DNA from: Candidatus Woesebacteria bacterium GW2011_GWB1_39_10
GTDB lineage: Bacteria > Patescibacteriota > Microgenomatia > UBA8517
Assembly: GCA_000993205.1 (NCBI GenBank)
Contig: LBVU01000004.1
Coordinates: forward strand, 27,338-91,337
Direction of reading: 5' to 3'
DNA: 64,000 nucleotides
Shown here: piece after piece, positions 45,492-56,248 of the stretch
How the letters are laid out: each line of letters starts with the position of its first letter
Numbering within the stretch: the first letter of the stretch is position 1
The notes under the pieces: generated by a model
Databases searched by the model: none
Told to the model about the DNA's origin: nothing
The model's input: only the letters and a program-made list of their open reading frames with translations
Position numbers and translations under genes: made by a program

Positions 45492-46327
45492 GAAGTTATC
45501 GCTTTGTAGACTCTTTGAAGTCTCTCTTCGGTTTCTTCAACTCCGCCTTTAAAGGTAAAGCTTATTTTTGTCTCTCTTTGCGATCTGATTAGCTTAACCG
45601 CAGTTTTTTTGGACAAATCGGGATCCCCGTCAACATAAAATACTTTCTGTAAATCCTCCTGCATCTTATCTATTTCTTCAGAAACAATCCTGATATGCTG
45701 ACTTGTATTTGGTACTTCCTGTTGAGACTTGGCTTTCATACGCCTCGCAAGCTCCTCTGCGCGACGCACACTGCCACTCTCCCTGAGAACAATCTTATAA
45801 GCCTCAATCATTAAGTTGGGATCATCAATGGCTGCAAGAGCCCTTGCGTGACCTTCAGTTATAAGTCCGGACAAAAGTCCGTCTTTAAGGGCATCGGGAA
45901 GAGAAAGAAGTCTTAATGAATTGCTAACGTAAGCGACTGATTTGCCAATTCGAACAGCAATTTCGCTGGTAGTTAAATTAAACTCATTCATAAGGCGCTC
46001 AAAGCCTTTGGCACGGTCTAAGGGGTTAAGGTCAACCCTTTGAACGTTCTCCACAAGTGCCATCTCAAGCATGCCTTTTGGTGAAGTTTCACGAATAATA
46101 ACCGGTACGTGGGTTAATCCGGCAAGTTTTGAGGCACGCCATCTACGCTCCCCCGCGATTATCTGAAACCCTGCCGGAGTTTTGGCAACTACCAGAGGTT
46201 CCAATATTCCGTGTTCACGAATAGAATCAACAAGGTCTACCAAGCTTTCAGGGGTGATTGCGCCACGAGGTTGAAGAGGATTTGGTTGAAGCTGTGTGAC
46301 TTCTATTTGTACTATTTCTTCCGCCAT
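45488..46327 (-). CDS. parB: ParB/Spo0J partition protein
   Basis: NPLQPR, IIAGERRWRA, ENVQR, GHARAL. Confidence 0.93.
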   Translation of the reverse strand: MAEEIVQIEVTQLQPNPLQPRGAITPESLVDLVDSIREHGILEPLVVAKTPAGFQIIAGERRWRASKLAGLTHVPVIIRETSPKGMLEMALVENVQRVDLNPLDRAKGFERLMNEFNLTTSEIAVRIGKSVAYVSNSLRLLSLPDALKDGLLSGLITEGHARALAAIDDPNLMIEAYKIVLRESGSVRRAEELARRMKAKSQQEVPNTSQHIRIVSEEIDKMQEDLQKVFYVDGDPDLSKKTAVKLIRSQRETKISFTFKGGVEETEERLQRVYKAITS

Positions 46328-46342
46328 AATGTTTATAAGATA

Positions 46343-46600
46343 CTAGGCACTAGCAACTACACTAACAACTCTCTTACCCAATTTTTTAGTAAATTTAACG
46401 ACTCCGTCGGCAACAGAATAAAGCGTATGATCACGACCCAATTTGGCACCAATGCCTTTACCAAAAGTTGTACCGCGTTGGCGGACTAAAATTTGACCCC
46501 TGCCAACTTTTTCACCACCGGAAACTTTTACCCCAAGTCTTTTACCTGCCGGGCTAACATGTTGTGAAGCTTTTCCTCCCGCCGCTTTATGTGTTGACAT
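46343..46600 (-). CDS. rpmA: 50S ribosomal protein L27
   Basis: MSTHKAAG, KRLGVK, ILVRQRGT, GRDHTL. Confidence 0.95.
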   Translation of the reverse strand: MSTHKAAGGKASQHVSPAGKRLGVKVSGGEKVGRGQILVRQRGTTFGKGIGAKLGRDHTLYSVADGVVKFTKKLGKRVVSVVASA

Positions 46601-46684
46601 CCTTCGCACAATATAAATGAAGTTTTCACAGTTGTCAAGGGGGTTGGTACGATGCATTAAATCATACTTCGTTCTTGAATGAAG

Positions 46685-46993
46685 TTAGGAAATTTTCTCC
46701 ACCAGAAGTCTTGTATATTGAGGTCTAAATCCTGTATGTTTCCTGTAGCGTGATTTTGCTTTAAATTTATAGACTTCGATCTTTTCTCCTTTTTCAAGTT
46801 CTGTTACAACCTTTAAGGCTACTTTTACATCTTTTAGTACCGGCTTGCCCACTTTTACCTTTTCTCCATCTACAAACAAAAGTACGTCTGTCACAAAACC
46901 TTTGATATCGACAAGTTTATCCACCAAAAGCTCTTTGCCTTCCTCAGCTTTATATTGCTTGCCACCGATCCGAACAATTGCATATTTATTCAT
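46685..46993 (-). CDS. rplU: 50S ribosomal protein L21
   Basis: YAIVRIGGKQYK, KFKAKSRYRKHTGFR. Confidence 0.95.
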   Translation of the reverse strand: MNKYAIVRIGGKQYKAEEGKELLVDKLVDIKGFVTDVLLFVDGEKVKVGKPVLKDVKVALKVVTELEKGEKIEVYKFKAKSRYRKHTGFRPQYTRLLVEKIS

Positions 46994-47005
46994 AATATGG
47001 GTATT

Positions 47006-48067
47006 TTAGCGTTTATAAGACGAGCTGGCAATCCCCAAGCCTATTAACGTAGCCAGAAGTGAAGATCCGCCTGCTGAAACCAATGGGAAGGGTAGCCCAG
47101 TAACCGGCAAAAGCCCAATATTCATGCCTATATGAATAAATATTTGGATCAAATATGTCAGAAAAAACCCCGAAAGATATCCGCGTGCAGCCGGGCTTAC
47201 AGCCTGTTCAATGTAAGCCGTCAAACGGTAAAGAATAATGAAGCTGGCGAGAGTCGCGAGTAGCGCTCCAACAAAACCCAATTCCTCAGAAATGGCCGAA
47301 AATATAAAATCCGCTTGCTTTTCAGGTAAAAATGAAAGCTGAGTCTGGATACCCCGCCCTAATCCCAATCCTGTAATTTTACCGGACCCGGCAGCTATGG
47401 TAGACTGTAAACTATTATAACCTGCCCCCAAAGGGTCCGAGGAAGGACTAACAAAAGTAATAATGCGCTGCTGTTGATAGGGCGCCATTACGAACCAAAA
47501 AAGCGGAGAGACAACTAATAAAGCAACTCCACCGAAAAGAACATATTTTTTGTCAATTTTTGAAGAAATCAGAACACCTAAAAACCCAACCAGTGTTAGG
47601 ACAGACACCCCAAGAGAGGGTTGAATAAAAATAAGGAAAACCGGAAGAAGCGCCAGCGCAAAGGTTTTTACTATTTTTATAAAATCCAGTTTCCCAAAAG
47701 TAAGATAGTTGGCAAAAAAAATCAAAAGAAAAGGACGGACAATTTCTGCCGGTTGTAGACTGATGGGACCAATCGGTATCCAACGAATTGTTCCCCTTGT
47801 TACACTTCCAATTATTAGAGTTGCGAGAAGAAGGATAATTGAAAAAATATACAGATGCTTAGAAAAAAGAGAAATTATATCAAAATCCAACTGGGCAAAA
47901 ACAAAGAAAGCGCAAATTCCAATAAACACACTAAGAAAATATAACAGGAATATTGATGGAGCAACCGATTTTAAAATAATTATGCTTAGAAAAAGTAAAA
48001 ATATAATGGAGAACGAAAAACTAATATCTTTGGTTAAAAATCCAAATATCGGGTTTTGTCTTTTCAC
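47006..48067 (-). CDS. rodA: SEDS protein RodA
   Basis: RWI, QPAE, QPSLG, DPLGAGYN, LPEKQADFIF, PVTGLPFP. Confidence 0.85.
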   Translation of the reverse strand: MKRQNPIFGFLTKDISFSFSIIFLLFLSIIILKSVAPSIFLLYFLSVFIGICAFFVFAQLDFDIISLFSKHLYIFSIILLLATLIIGSVTRGTIRWIPIGPISLQPAEIVRPFLLIFFANYLTFGKLDFIKIVKTFALALLPVFLIFIQPSLGVSVLTLVGFLGVLISSKIDKKYVLFGGVALLVVSPLFWFVMAPYQQQRIITFVSPSSDPLGAGYNSLQSTIAAGSGKITGLGLGRGIQTQLSFLPEKQADFIFSAISEELGFVGALLATLASFIILYRLTAYIEQAVSPAARGYLSGFFLTYLIQIFIHIGMNIGLLPVTGLPFPLVSAGGSSLLATLIGLGIASSSYKR

Positions 48068-51000
48068 TTTGAAGCTTTAGAAACCTTAAATTTGCCTACA
48101 GTTAATCTTTTTATTTGTGCTTTATTTGTCATCCATTGAACAAGTTTTTTATCCAATGGAATTCTTTCCAACTTTACATCAACTTGTTGAGTAAGATTTA
48201 ACCCCAATCGTTTTCTTTCCTCTTGAATTTTGCGCACCAAATCACGTACCCTGGCCTCTTCTGAAAGTTCCAGTGTAATCTTTAAATCATATTCATCCTT
48301 CGTTGCATTCCAAAATAACTTTTTTACATTAATCTCATCCCTAATCAAATACTCAAGGTTTTTAGGTACTGGTTTTGAGGTCGTTGAATAGGAGTTTAGG
48401 GGTTGCTTAACTCCGATTTCTTTTTCCTTTCTAATGGAATGGGCTCTTTCTACAATCTCGCGGGCTATTTTCATTTCCTCCAATAGTTTGTGATTTGTTT
48501 TTTGAGATTTGAGATTTACATCCGGCCAGTCACTTAAATGCACTGACTCTTCTTTGGATAAATTCGTAAAAAGTGTTTCTGATATAAATGGCATGAAAGG
48601 GGCAAGAAGACGGGATAAAGTATGTAGTATATAGTATGTAGTCCGGTAAAAAGCATTCCTATCATTCTCGGACTCTGCGGCAGGGCCTACTCTACCCCTG
48701 GACCTTCTAATATACCAAAGGCTTAAGTCGTCAACAAACTTTTCAATTTCATTCGCCCCCGCATAAGCATCATATTTTTCAAGGCTATCCGTAACCAACT
48801 GCACAGCTTGGTTAAGTCTTGCTAAAATCCATTTGTCCAAAACGTTAGTACTATGTACTATGTACTTTGTACTCTGTACTGGACGCCATGCGTCCAGGTT
48901 CGCATAAGTTACAAAAAAATTGTAAACATTCCAAATTTTTAGATGAAATCTTCTTCTAATTTCATCGGCAATTCTATATCCAAACAGTAAATTTTCCCCT
49001 GGGTTCTGACGCGCAAACATCCATCTCATTACGTCGACTCCTATCTTGTCAGCGCCTTGAGTAAATTCGATCATGTTCCCTGAACTTTTGTGCATAGCAT
49101 TCCCCTTTTCATCAAATAGTGTGGCATACCCAAGAACTGTCTTAAAAGGTTCCGTGTCTTCCATAACCGTACTCATTGCAATAAGAGAATAAAACCAATT
49201 CTTAAATTGTCCGGGGAAACTTTCGGTAATGAAATCTGCAGGGAACCATTTTTCCCATTTGGTTTTATCTGTAAGATACAAAGGTTTGGTTTTGGTCACC
49301 TCAAAGTTTGCGGCTTTGTTGTTTTCGCTGATTGTTGAATATGGAATTATCCCTGCATCCAACCAAGGGTTACCAACAGGCTCAATTCTGCTCATAACAC
49401 TTCCGCATTTGGTGCACTTGATTTTAACTTCATCTATCTGAGGTTTGTGAGGAGTCCTGCCATCAAATTTTTTCCACCCGACAGTGGCGAGCTTTTTTAG
49501 CTCCTCTTTTGAACCAATCACGTCAAAGCTTCCGCATTTTTTGCATTCCCAAATAGGAAGGGCCAAACCCCAATACCTGTTTTTCTTGCTTATAAGCCAA
49601 TCGTGCATATTGGACAGCCAATCCATCTCACGGTCAAATCCAAATCCCTGAATCCAGTTAATCTTACTCGTGACATCTTTCATCCGTTCTCTAAGTGTCC
49701 TTGTGTCAAGGGCTTTTTGTTCTTCGTCTTCGTCGCCACATTTCTCCGCTTTTAACTTCGATGGAGAATCCATCGAAATGTACCACTCATCAGTTACCTT
49801 CCAAACGAGTTCAGTTTTACATCTCCAACAGGCAGGGTATCTATGAGTATATTTTTCAATTTTGTAGAAAAAATGATTTTCTTCCGCATCCTTTCTTCGT
49901 AAAAAGTCTAAAATTATTTCCGGATGCTTTTTGGCATTCAGTCCGGAAAATTCTCCCAGTCCTGCCACATATGACGCATCATCGTTGATCACAGGAATCA
50001 TCGGAAGACCGAGTTTTTTACCGAGTTTAAAATCCTCACTTCCCGCAGAAACCGCAGTGTGCACAAGACCGGTTCCTTCATCAACCGTGATCGGTAGAAT
50101 TAAACTATCTGTGGCAACAACATTATGGAATTTGGCATCGTTTTTTGACGAAGCCGCAACTACTCCGGGCAAATTGTCAAAAGCGCCTTTGTATCTTAGA
50201 CCTACAAGTTTCCCGCCTTTGATGGTCTTAATAACTTTATGATTCTCGCCAGCAAGTACCCGGGGAACCGCATCCTTTGCCAACCAATATTTTCTTTTCT
50301 TAACCTCAACAAGTGAATACTCCAGTTTTTCATCAACCGCTATGGCGATATTGGCAGGAATCGTCCAAGGAGTTGTTGTCCAAACCATAAAATACTCATC
50401 GATAACCCCAACCACAGGAAACGCCAAATATACAGATTCATGAGTAATTTCTTTGTAATCCTCAGTAAGCATTTCGTGCTGGGAAATTGCTGTTTCACAT
50501 CTCGGACACCAGGGAACAGAATCATTCCCTTTGTAAATCCAGCCGTTGTCATGGCACTTCTTCAAAAAACCCCAAATCATATAATTGTTGTCGTCGCTTA
50601 AAGTGTAATAGGAGTTGTCCCAATCCATAAAATAACCCAGACGTTTGCTTTGCTCTGTTTGAATTGACGAGTATTTTTTTACCCTGTCTCGGCAAAGCTG
50701 GACAAATTTGGCGACGCCAAAAGTTTCTATGTCTTTTTTACTCTTAAACCCAAGTTCCTTTTCAACCTCTACCTCAACCCAAAGACCCTGACAATCAAAG
50801 CCGTTTTGAAAACGTTGATTAAATCCTTGCATATTTTTATATCTACGCCACAGGTCCTTGTAGGTACGGCCCCAAGCGTGATGAACGCCCATAGGATTAT
50901 TGGCCGTAATTGGTCCATCAAGAAAAGAAAAGTATTTTTTAGAGTTTGAGTTTTTTTGAAGATATTTCTTTACTATTCCATTTTTAGTCCAAGTTCCAAG

Positions 51001-51072
51001 AAGCCTCTTTTCCATTTTAGGAAAATCGACCGCGAGATCTACAGGCTCAAAATAGGGTTTTTTGGAAGCCAT
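48064..51072 (-). CDS. ileS: Isoleucine-tRNA ligase
   Basis: LDGPITAN..GVHH, GFDCQGL, WTTTPWT, GTGLVH, DWLIS, AMHKSSGN (KMSKS-like). Confidence 0.93.
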   Translation of the reverse strand: MASKKPYFEPVDLAVDFPKMEKRLLGTWTKNGIVKKYLQKNSNSKKYFSFLDGPITANNPMGVHHAWGRTYKDLWRRYKNMQGFNQRFQNGFDCQGLWVEVEVEKELGFKSKKDIETFGVAKFVQLCRDRVKKYSSIQTEQSKRLGYFMDWDNSYYTLSDDNNYMIWGFLKKCHDNGWIYKGNDSVPWCPRCETAISQHEMLTEDYKEITHESVYLAFPVVGVIDEYFMVWTTTPWTIPANIAIAVDEKLEYSLVEVKKRKYWLAKDAVPRVLAGENHKVIKTIKGGKLVGLRYKGAFDNLPGVVAASSKNDAKFHNVVATDSLILPITVDEGTGLVHTAVSAGSEDFKLGKKLGLPMIPVINDDASYVAGLGEFSGLNAKKHPEIILDFLRRKDAEENHFFYKIEKYTHRYPACWRCKTELVWKVTDEWYISMDSPSKLKAEKCGDEDEEQKALDTRTLRERMKDVTSKINWIQGFGFDREMDWLSNMHDWLISKKNRYWGLALPIWECKKCGSFDVIGSKEELKKLATVGWKKFDGRTPHKPQIDEVKIKCTKCGSVMSRIEPVGNPWLDAGIIPYSTISENNKAANFEVTKTKPLYLTDKTKWEKWFPADFITESFPGQFKNWFYSLIAMSTVMEDTEPFKTVLGYATLFDEKGNAMHKSSGNMIEFTQGADKIGVDVMRWMFARQNPGENLLFGYRIADEIRRRFHLKIWNVYNFFVTYANLDAWRPVQSTKYIVHSTNVLDKWILARLNQAVQLVTDSLEKYDAYAGANEIEKFVDDLSLWYIRRSRGRVGPAAESENDRNAFYRTTYYILHTLSRLLAPFMPFISETLFTNLSKEESVHLSDWPDVNLKSQKTNHKLLEEMKIAREIVERAHSIRKEKEIGVKQPLNSYSTTSKPVPKNLEYLIRDEINVKKLFWNATKDEYDLKITLELSEEARVRDLVRKIQEERKRLGLNLTQQVDVKLERIPLDKKLVQWMTNKAQIKRLTVGKFKVSKASK

Positions 51073-51124
51073 ATGAAGCTATTATAAACTAGACCTGTCT
51101 AAAAGGAAATGTCGTATATTTTGG

Positions 51125-51583
51125 CTAATGTGTGGAGGACCTCTGAACTGCTATTTCCAGTCTATCGATACCATACTTTTCAAATTCCTTCTCATATTTT
51201 TCATAAATCTTGTGAACCCTTTCAGGAAGACAGAAATTCTTTTTGAGCCCTTCTTTTTCCTCCTTAGTTATACTTTTAAAAAAGTCTCTTTTTCCCATTC
51301 TTGTTTGCAATTCTTCCCAAAAGACATCTTCATGAAAAATTTCCATAATCTTATCTTCTTCCTTCCCCAAGGAGTTGGAAACTATTAATTCACCTTTAAA
51401 TTTTTCAAAAAGATCCTCATATCCGAGCTTTTCAGAAAGCTCCAGGAAATATTTTAGTAGTTTTTCGTGCCTGCTTGGGCTTTTGTACTCTTCCCCATTA
51501 TATTCGTCGACTGCTTCACGAACCCAACTGCCAACAATCAAAGTTAATATCAGTTCTTTGAGTTCACCTTTCGTAAATTTCAT
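51125..51583 (-). CDS. Hypothetical protein, last gene of the lexA-RM operon
   Basis: Start overlaps the S-subunit stop (TAATG); charged, ends YEKEFEKYGIDRL. Confidence 0.7.
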   Translation of the reverse strand: MKFTKGELKELILTLIVGSWVREAVDEYNGEEYKSPSRHEKLLKYFLELSEKLGYEDLFEKFKGELIVSNSLGKEEDKIMEIFHEDVFWEELQTRMGKRDFFKSITKEEKEGLKKNFCLPERVHKIYEKYEKEFEKYGIDRLEIAVQRSSTH

Positions 51584-52968
51584 TAATTTTCGTCTCCTTT
51601 TTCAATCATCTGCTCGACTTTTCTTTTCGCTTCTTCAAGCAATTCTTTGGATTTTTTGCGTGCTTCATGAGATTTTTTAACCAAGTCTGCAATTTTTTGT
51701 TGAGTTTCCTTTGGTAAAATTGGAATTAATATATTCTTTATTTGTTCGGGCTTCCAGTGAACGATAATAGACCCACCAGCATCCCTTTCTGCCTGCATCT
51801 GCCCTACCAGAGAGCTGATACAAAGGGATAAATACTCAGGTTCAATATCACCTTTTAACCTAAGCCTTAAAATCCCCCCAGAAATTATTCCTTCAATCGG
51901 TTCTTTTACAACATAAGAAATTCCCGGGGTAGCATCTTTCGTTAGTAAAATTTCTCCAACTTTTGGTTCATAATCTGATCTTAATTTTTGATAAAGCTCG
52001 TCTGATAAATACTTTTGATCTTTTGCTTCAATTCCAAATTTAGTTAAACTACTGACGCGAATAAATAGTTTTCCTACTTCTTGATATGCTTCGCTACCTG
52101 GCTCAAGACCTTTTTTAAATGTAATTAATTCTCCTAAGAGTTTGGCGTTGTTAGTTTTTATCTTCTCTAAGATTATTTGATATTTTGGCTGGAAGTAATC
52201 AGCATCAACTCTATCAACGTTTCCTGTATCGGAATAATTAACAATGTAACTAAGATCTTCCAGAATTTTATGATCTTTTAATCCCAATTCATCCAAAAGT
52301 AAATTTTCTGCTTGTTGATAAAATTCTTCAGACTGATCGAGTTGAGATTTAGATTTAAGAAAATAATGCTTCACTTTGTCGTTTGTTTCATTGTCTGGTA
52401 TAGGAATAAGTAGGTCTCTCAAACTGTCTTTAATAATGGTTGGTTGGCCAGAACCTTGGAGATGTCTTAAAATTAATTTTCTTCCAACGTTTGAGTTAAT
52501 AAAAGTAACAATAAATTCATTTAAGCTAGAACTTTTAAGTTTGATTAAGAAAATGTTGTCTGCGAGCGTCGCTTTATCTTTAACACTTGGCATAATATAA
52601 GCTTTTCCAAGGTATTCTCCAGTTTTTGAAATCAACACCTCACCTCCTTGAAGTTTGCTCTTTTTTAAAAATTCGTATGTGGCCTTATCTACATACCTAA
52701 TATTTTCGTTAAAATTATTATTATCTAAGTTTTGAATTCTTATCCATTTTGCGAAGTTAATACCGTCAGTCACATTAACATTTTGTTTCAATCTCGCGAA
52801 ACTGCCGTTAGACGTATAATCCGTAAGTATTTCAATTAAATCTCCGAATTCTTCATGTGGTATCGACTTTATTGCCAAATTTAAACTTAAACATTCCGGA
52901 TCGTAGTAATCTGCGTCGATTCGGTTGACACCCTCAAGTTGAGATTTTTGGATTATTGAAAAAGTCAT
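51583..52968 (-). CDS. Restriction-modification specificity (S) subunit
   Basis: Two repeats RIDADYY / RVDADYF, TRD-like GEVLISKTG and GEILLTKD, IPIL..ETQQKIA. Confidence 0.85.
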   Translation of the reverse strand: MTFSIIQKSQLEGVNRIDADYYDPECLSLNLAIKSIPHEEFGDLIEILTDYTSNGSFARLKQNVNVTDGINFAKWIRIQNLDNNNFNENIRYVDKATYEFLKKSKLQGGEVLISKTGEYLGKAYIMPSVKDKATLADNIFLIKLKSSSLNEFIVTFINSNVGRKLILRHLQGSGQPTIIKDSLRDLLIPIPDNETNDKVKHYFLKSKSQLDQSEEFYQQAENLLLDELGLKDHKILEDLSYIVNYSDTGNVDRVDADYFQPKYQIILEKIKTNNAKLLGELITFKKGLEPGSEAYQEVGKLFIRVSSLTKFGIEAKDQKYLSDELYQKLRSDYEPKVGEILLTKDATPGISYVVKEPIEGIISGGILRLRLKGDIEPEYLSLCISSLVGQMQAERDAGGSIIVHWKPEQIKNILIPILPKETQQKIADLVKKSHEARKKSKELLEEAKRKVEQMIEKGDEN

Positions 52969-52970
52969 TT

Positions 52971-53687
52971 TTAGCAACTAACAGCTTTGCTTGTTAAAGT
53001 AAAATCCTTAATATCCAATGATTGATTATTTAATGTAAAGTCCTTATAAAATCTCTGGGAAGAAGTCTGAACTTCTACGTTTACTTTGTATTTTCCTCTT
53101 TGTAGGGCAAATTGTGGATGTTTAAAATCGTAGGCATAACTCCAATCATTAAAACCATAACAAGGATTCTCATTATGAAACTTAACTGCTACGGCCATTT
53201 TGCCTTCTTGTAATTCATCCAAACTTTTTGATGGCGATACGGAGGCAATAACCCCTTCAGGGAACTTCGAGATATCAATTTTCCTGTCTGAGGTAATTGG
53301 CTCCCCCTTGCTTGACCACCTGCCAAAAAAACTGCACAAAGTATTCCCATCTGTATTTAAAATCTTTAATTTTACTTTACAATATTCTGCCGATCTCCTA
53401 CGAAAAATAAAAAACCAACTTGGGTTGTCTAAATTTATAATATTTATATGTACGAACTTAAGAGTTCCATTTGGTGATTCGTCTTCTGAACCTAAACATA
53501 TTTTTATATTTGGTTTAGTAAAATAGTCATTAAAATAGATTCCGAGAAAAGAAAGTAAGAACCCGATATATACAGAAAAATAATCTACAGGTTTTGTGGA
53601 AACACTAATAGTCAAAAAGGCAAACACAACAATCAATGTAACCCAAAATAAATATTTTAAATTATCAAAAAAGTTGTTCATTTCCAA
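52971..53687 (-). CDS. Hypothetical protein with two N-terminal TM helices inside the RM operon
   Basis: Two hydrophobic segments followed by a beta-rich soluble domain. Confidence 0.7.
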   Translation of the reverse strand: MEMNNFFDNLKYLFWVTLIVVFAFLTISVSTKPVDYFSVYIGFLLSFLGIYFNDYFTKPNIKICLGSEDESPNGTLKFVHINIINLDNPSWFFIFRRRSAEYCKVKLKILNTDGNTLCSFFGRWSSKGEPITSDRKIDISKFPEGVIASVSPSKSLDELQEGKMAVAVKFHNENPCYGFNDWSYAYDFKHPQFALQRGKYKVNVEVQTSSQRFYKDFTLNNQSLDIKDFTLTSKAVSC

Positions 53688-55624
53688 AACCCAAATCCTT
53701 CATTTTTGGCAAACTCAATAAACTTATCTGCGATTTCATCAAGATCGTGATCAACCGCTGGATCGCCTTTTGGATTTGTGACAATTTGACCTTCTTCATC
53801 TTTTTTGTAAACATAATCACCACTATTATCCTTACCACTCTTTTTGGAAACTGCCATAAATATTGGATAATCTTTTGGTACTTCTTGTTTTTCCTCCCAT
53901 TTTTGCAAGAATAATACAGAAGTCTTTGTTCCCGTGTGAGGTTTAAAAGTGTTAACATTAAGCCCAACCACCGCCAAAATTCTTGCTTTATCAAAAAGCC
54001 AACTCCTAATATAACTCATATTTGTGTTATTCAAGACCCCCTGGGGAAGAACTATTGCTAAGCGACCTCCGGGTTTAACCAAATTTAAAGCCCTCTCAAT
54101 AAATAGGATGTGGCGTTCGGATCTATCTTTTAATTTACCTTTATCATTTTTTGCAAGCTCGTACTCGTTAAGAAGCTGTCTCTCACGAATTTCACCCGCG
54201 AATGGGGGGTTTGTTAGAACAACATCAAAATCAAAGAACTTAAAATTGTCTTGATTATTTCTGTCTTTGTCATAATCATTAAATTTGTGAAGTCTTTCAA
54301 GTAGCTCCGCCCTCGCTCTCAATTTCTCCGAATCATCACCTTTCCATTCCTGAGGATTGAGCGAATTTAATCTAAAAATATGTGATCTTCCATCGCCGGC
54401 AATTAACATTAAAGCTCTGGAAATTTTTACAGGTTTATCATCAAAATCAATTCCATAAATATGTTTTCTTGCAAAGTCAGATTTTGTCTCGGCTGACTTC
54501 TCCGACATAAAATTATCCCAAATCCATTGCATTGCGTGAATTAAAAACCCACCTGAACCAGATGCGGGATCTATCACATATTCATCTTCTTTTGGGTTTA
54601 ACATTTTGACAGCCATATCAATTACATGGCGTGGGGTAAAATATTGACCTTTCTTACCTTTGGCAACATCGGGGAGTAGATATTCAAAAGCACGGTCAAT
54701 AATTCCTAAATCGGCATCGAGTAGTTTTACTTTTTCTAGTTGCCCTACACAAACTGATAAATGGGATGGAGAAAGTTGAATCTTTTCGCCATCGACAAAC
54801 ATTCCCGGCCATTCTTTTGTGGAACTTTCAAAAAGTCGTTCTATGTTATCGTAGGTAACTTGCGGGTTTGTTGATTGCCTAAATAGGAGTTCGCCTTTCC
54901 TATCTCGTGCGTATTTTTCATCATAAAGTTTCGCATAAATTAACTTAAAAATTTCATTAAACGAGTCAACTCCCGCTCCAGCCAATACGAGTTCTTCCAA
55001 GACTTTAATGATTTTTACTAAATCGTATTGTTTTTCCAGTTGATCCAAAGTCAGTTTTGCATCCTGAACATCTTCTATCGTTTGATCAACTCTAGGGATA
55101 TCACGAAGTGTGTTTTCAAAATTGTGAGGATACGGTCTATAAAGGATGACCCTAACAATACCGTTTGATAAAACTCCAATTGGAGCACCTTCAGCATTAA
55201 GATAACTTTTAATTTGCTCAATTCCGTCTTTTGCTTCGGGACTTTTTACCTCAATTATAATTTGGGGTGTTTCCTTGTCTTCCTTGTAGACGACAATATC
55301 AGCAGCCTTTTCACGAACTTCACGTCCAAAATTAACTTCTTTTTCGACAGCGATCCTGTCTAGTGGATAATTGTAAAATTTGGTAAGTTTAAAAAGCCAA
55401 AGCTGGCGAACAATTTCTTCCGGCTCACCAATTTGTTTTTCTTCATTCCAAATAGATAGATCTATATTTCTTTTGAGACACTTTAAGAAAAACCTACCCT
55501 TTTCTTTCTCAAATATATCGAGAGATTCTGAAGGTTTTATATTTTCAAATTCGGTTAAACCATACTGAACTTCGGGGTTTTTAAAAATTTTATTTATAAT
55601 TTCAGAGTTTAACTTTGTATCCAT
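53678..55624 (-). CDS. Fused restriction endonuclease (HsdR-N-like) and N6-adenine methyltransferase
   Basis: PEEIVRQ, ADIVV..IIIEVK nuclease motif, GQYFTPR, DPASGSGGFL, NPPF. Confidence 0.9.
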   Translation of the reverse strand: MDTKLNSEIINKIFKNPEVQYGLTEFENIKPSESLDIFEKEKGRFFLKCLKRNIDLSIWNEEKQIGEPEEIVRQLWLFKLTKFYNYPLDRIAVEKEVNFGREVREKAADIVVYKEDKETPQIIIEVKSPEAKDGIEQIKSYLNAEGAPIGVLSNGIVRVILYRPYPHNFENTLRDIPRVDQTIEDVQDAKLTLDQLEKQYDLVKIIKVLEELVLAGAGVDSFNEIFKLIYAKLYDEKYARDRKGELLFRQSTNPQVTYDNIERLFESSTKEWPGMFVDGEKIQLSPSHLSVCVGQLEKVKLLDADLGIIDRAFEYLLPDVAKGKKGQYFTPRHVIDMAVKMLNPKEDEYVIDPASGSGGFLIHAMQWIWDNFMSEKSAETKSDFARKHIYGIDFDDKPVKISRALMLIAGDGRSHIFRLNSLNPQEWKGDDSEKLRARAELLERLHKFNDYDKDRNNQDNFKFFDFDVVLTNPPFAGEIRERQLLNEYELAKNDKGKLKDRSERHILFIERALNLVKPGGRLAIVLPQGVLNNTNMSYIRSWLFDKARILAVVGLNVNTFKPHTGTKTSVLFLQKWEEKQEVPKDYPIFMAVSKKSGKDNSGDYVYKKDEEGQIVTNPKGDPAVDHDLDEIADKFIEFAKNEGFGFWK

Positions 55625-55625
55625 T

Positions 55626-56243
55626 TTAGTTTGATTCACTGGCAACCTTACCAATTACCTTTCCCAAAAGTCTTGTTTCCGGGTATATCGGAATATTCTG
55701 ATATTTTGGATTTTCAGGTTTCAAATATATTCTACCATTTGAATTAATCAAACGCTTAATTGTTGTGCCATCGTTATCACGAGCAAGCACAACATCTCCA
55801 TTTCTAAATTCCTTAGCTTGCTGGATAATAACCTTGTCTCCGTCTTTTATACCCGCATCCGTCATAGAATCCCCTGTAACATCAACAATAAAAACATTTT
55901 GCGCTGTCTTCATGTCTTCAACTTCCTGCCAATCAAGATTTTCAAACGCATCTTTATATGGGCCAGCTGCAGTAAAACCTAAACTTGGGATAAGCGGTCT
56001 TGCCGATAAAATTTCAAATCCTTTATCTAAAATCCTTATGCCACGAGCCGTTCCTTCCTCTCTTTTGATAAAACCTTTTCTTTCCAAAACACTGAGAACA
56101 TCTATTACCGCTTGATTAGAAACCACGTCTAATTCTTCACGCAAATCCGCTAAGGTGGGAGGGTAACCTGAATTTTTAATTGAAGTGTGAATAAATTTTA
56201 AAACCTGTTTTTGCCTTTTTGTTAATTTTTGGACAGAAACCAT
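55626..56243 (-). CDS. lexA: LexA-family repressor
   Basis: LTKRQ, GYPPT, LERKGFI, ARGI, AAG cleavage site, GDSM, TIKR. Confidence 0.9.
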   Translation of the reverse strand: MVSVQKLTKRQKQVLKFIHTSIKNSGYPPTLADLREELDVVSNQAVIDVLSVLERKGFIKREEGTARGIRILDKGFEILSARPLIPSLGFTAAGPYKDAFENLDWQEVEDMKTAQNVFIVDVTGDSMTDAGIKDGDKVIIQQAKEFRNGDVVLARDNDGTTIKRLINSNGRIYLKPENPKYQNIPIYPETRLLGKVIGKVASESN

Positions 56244-56248
56244 ACTTA

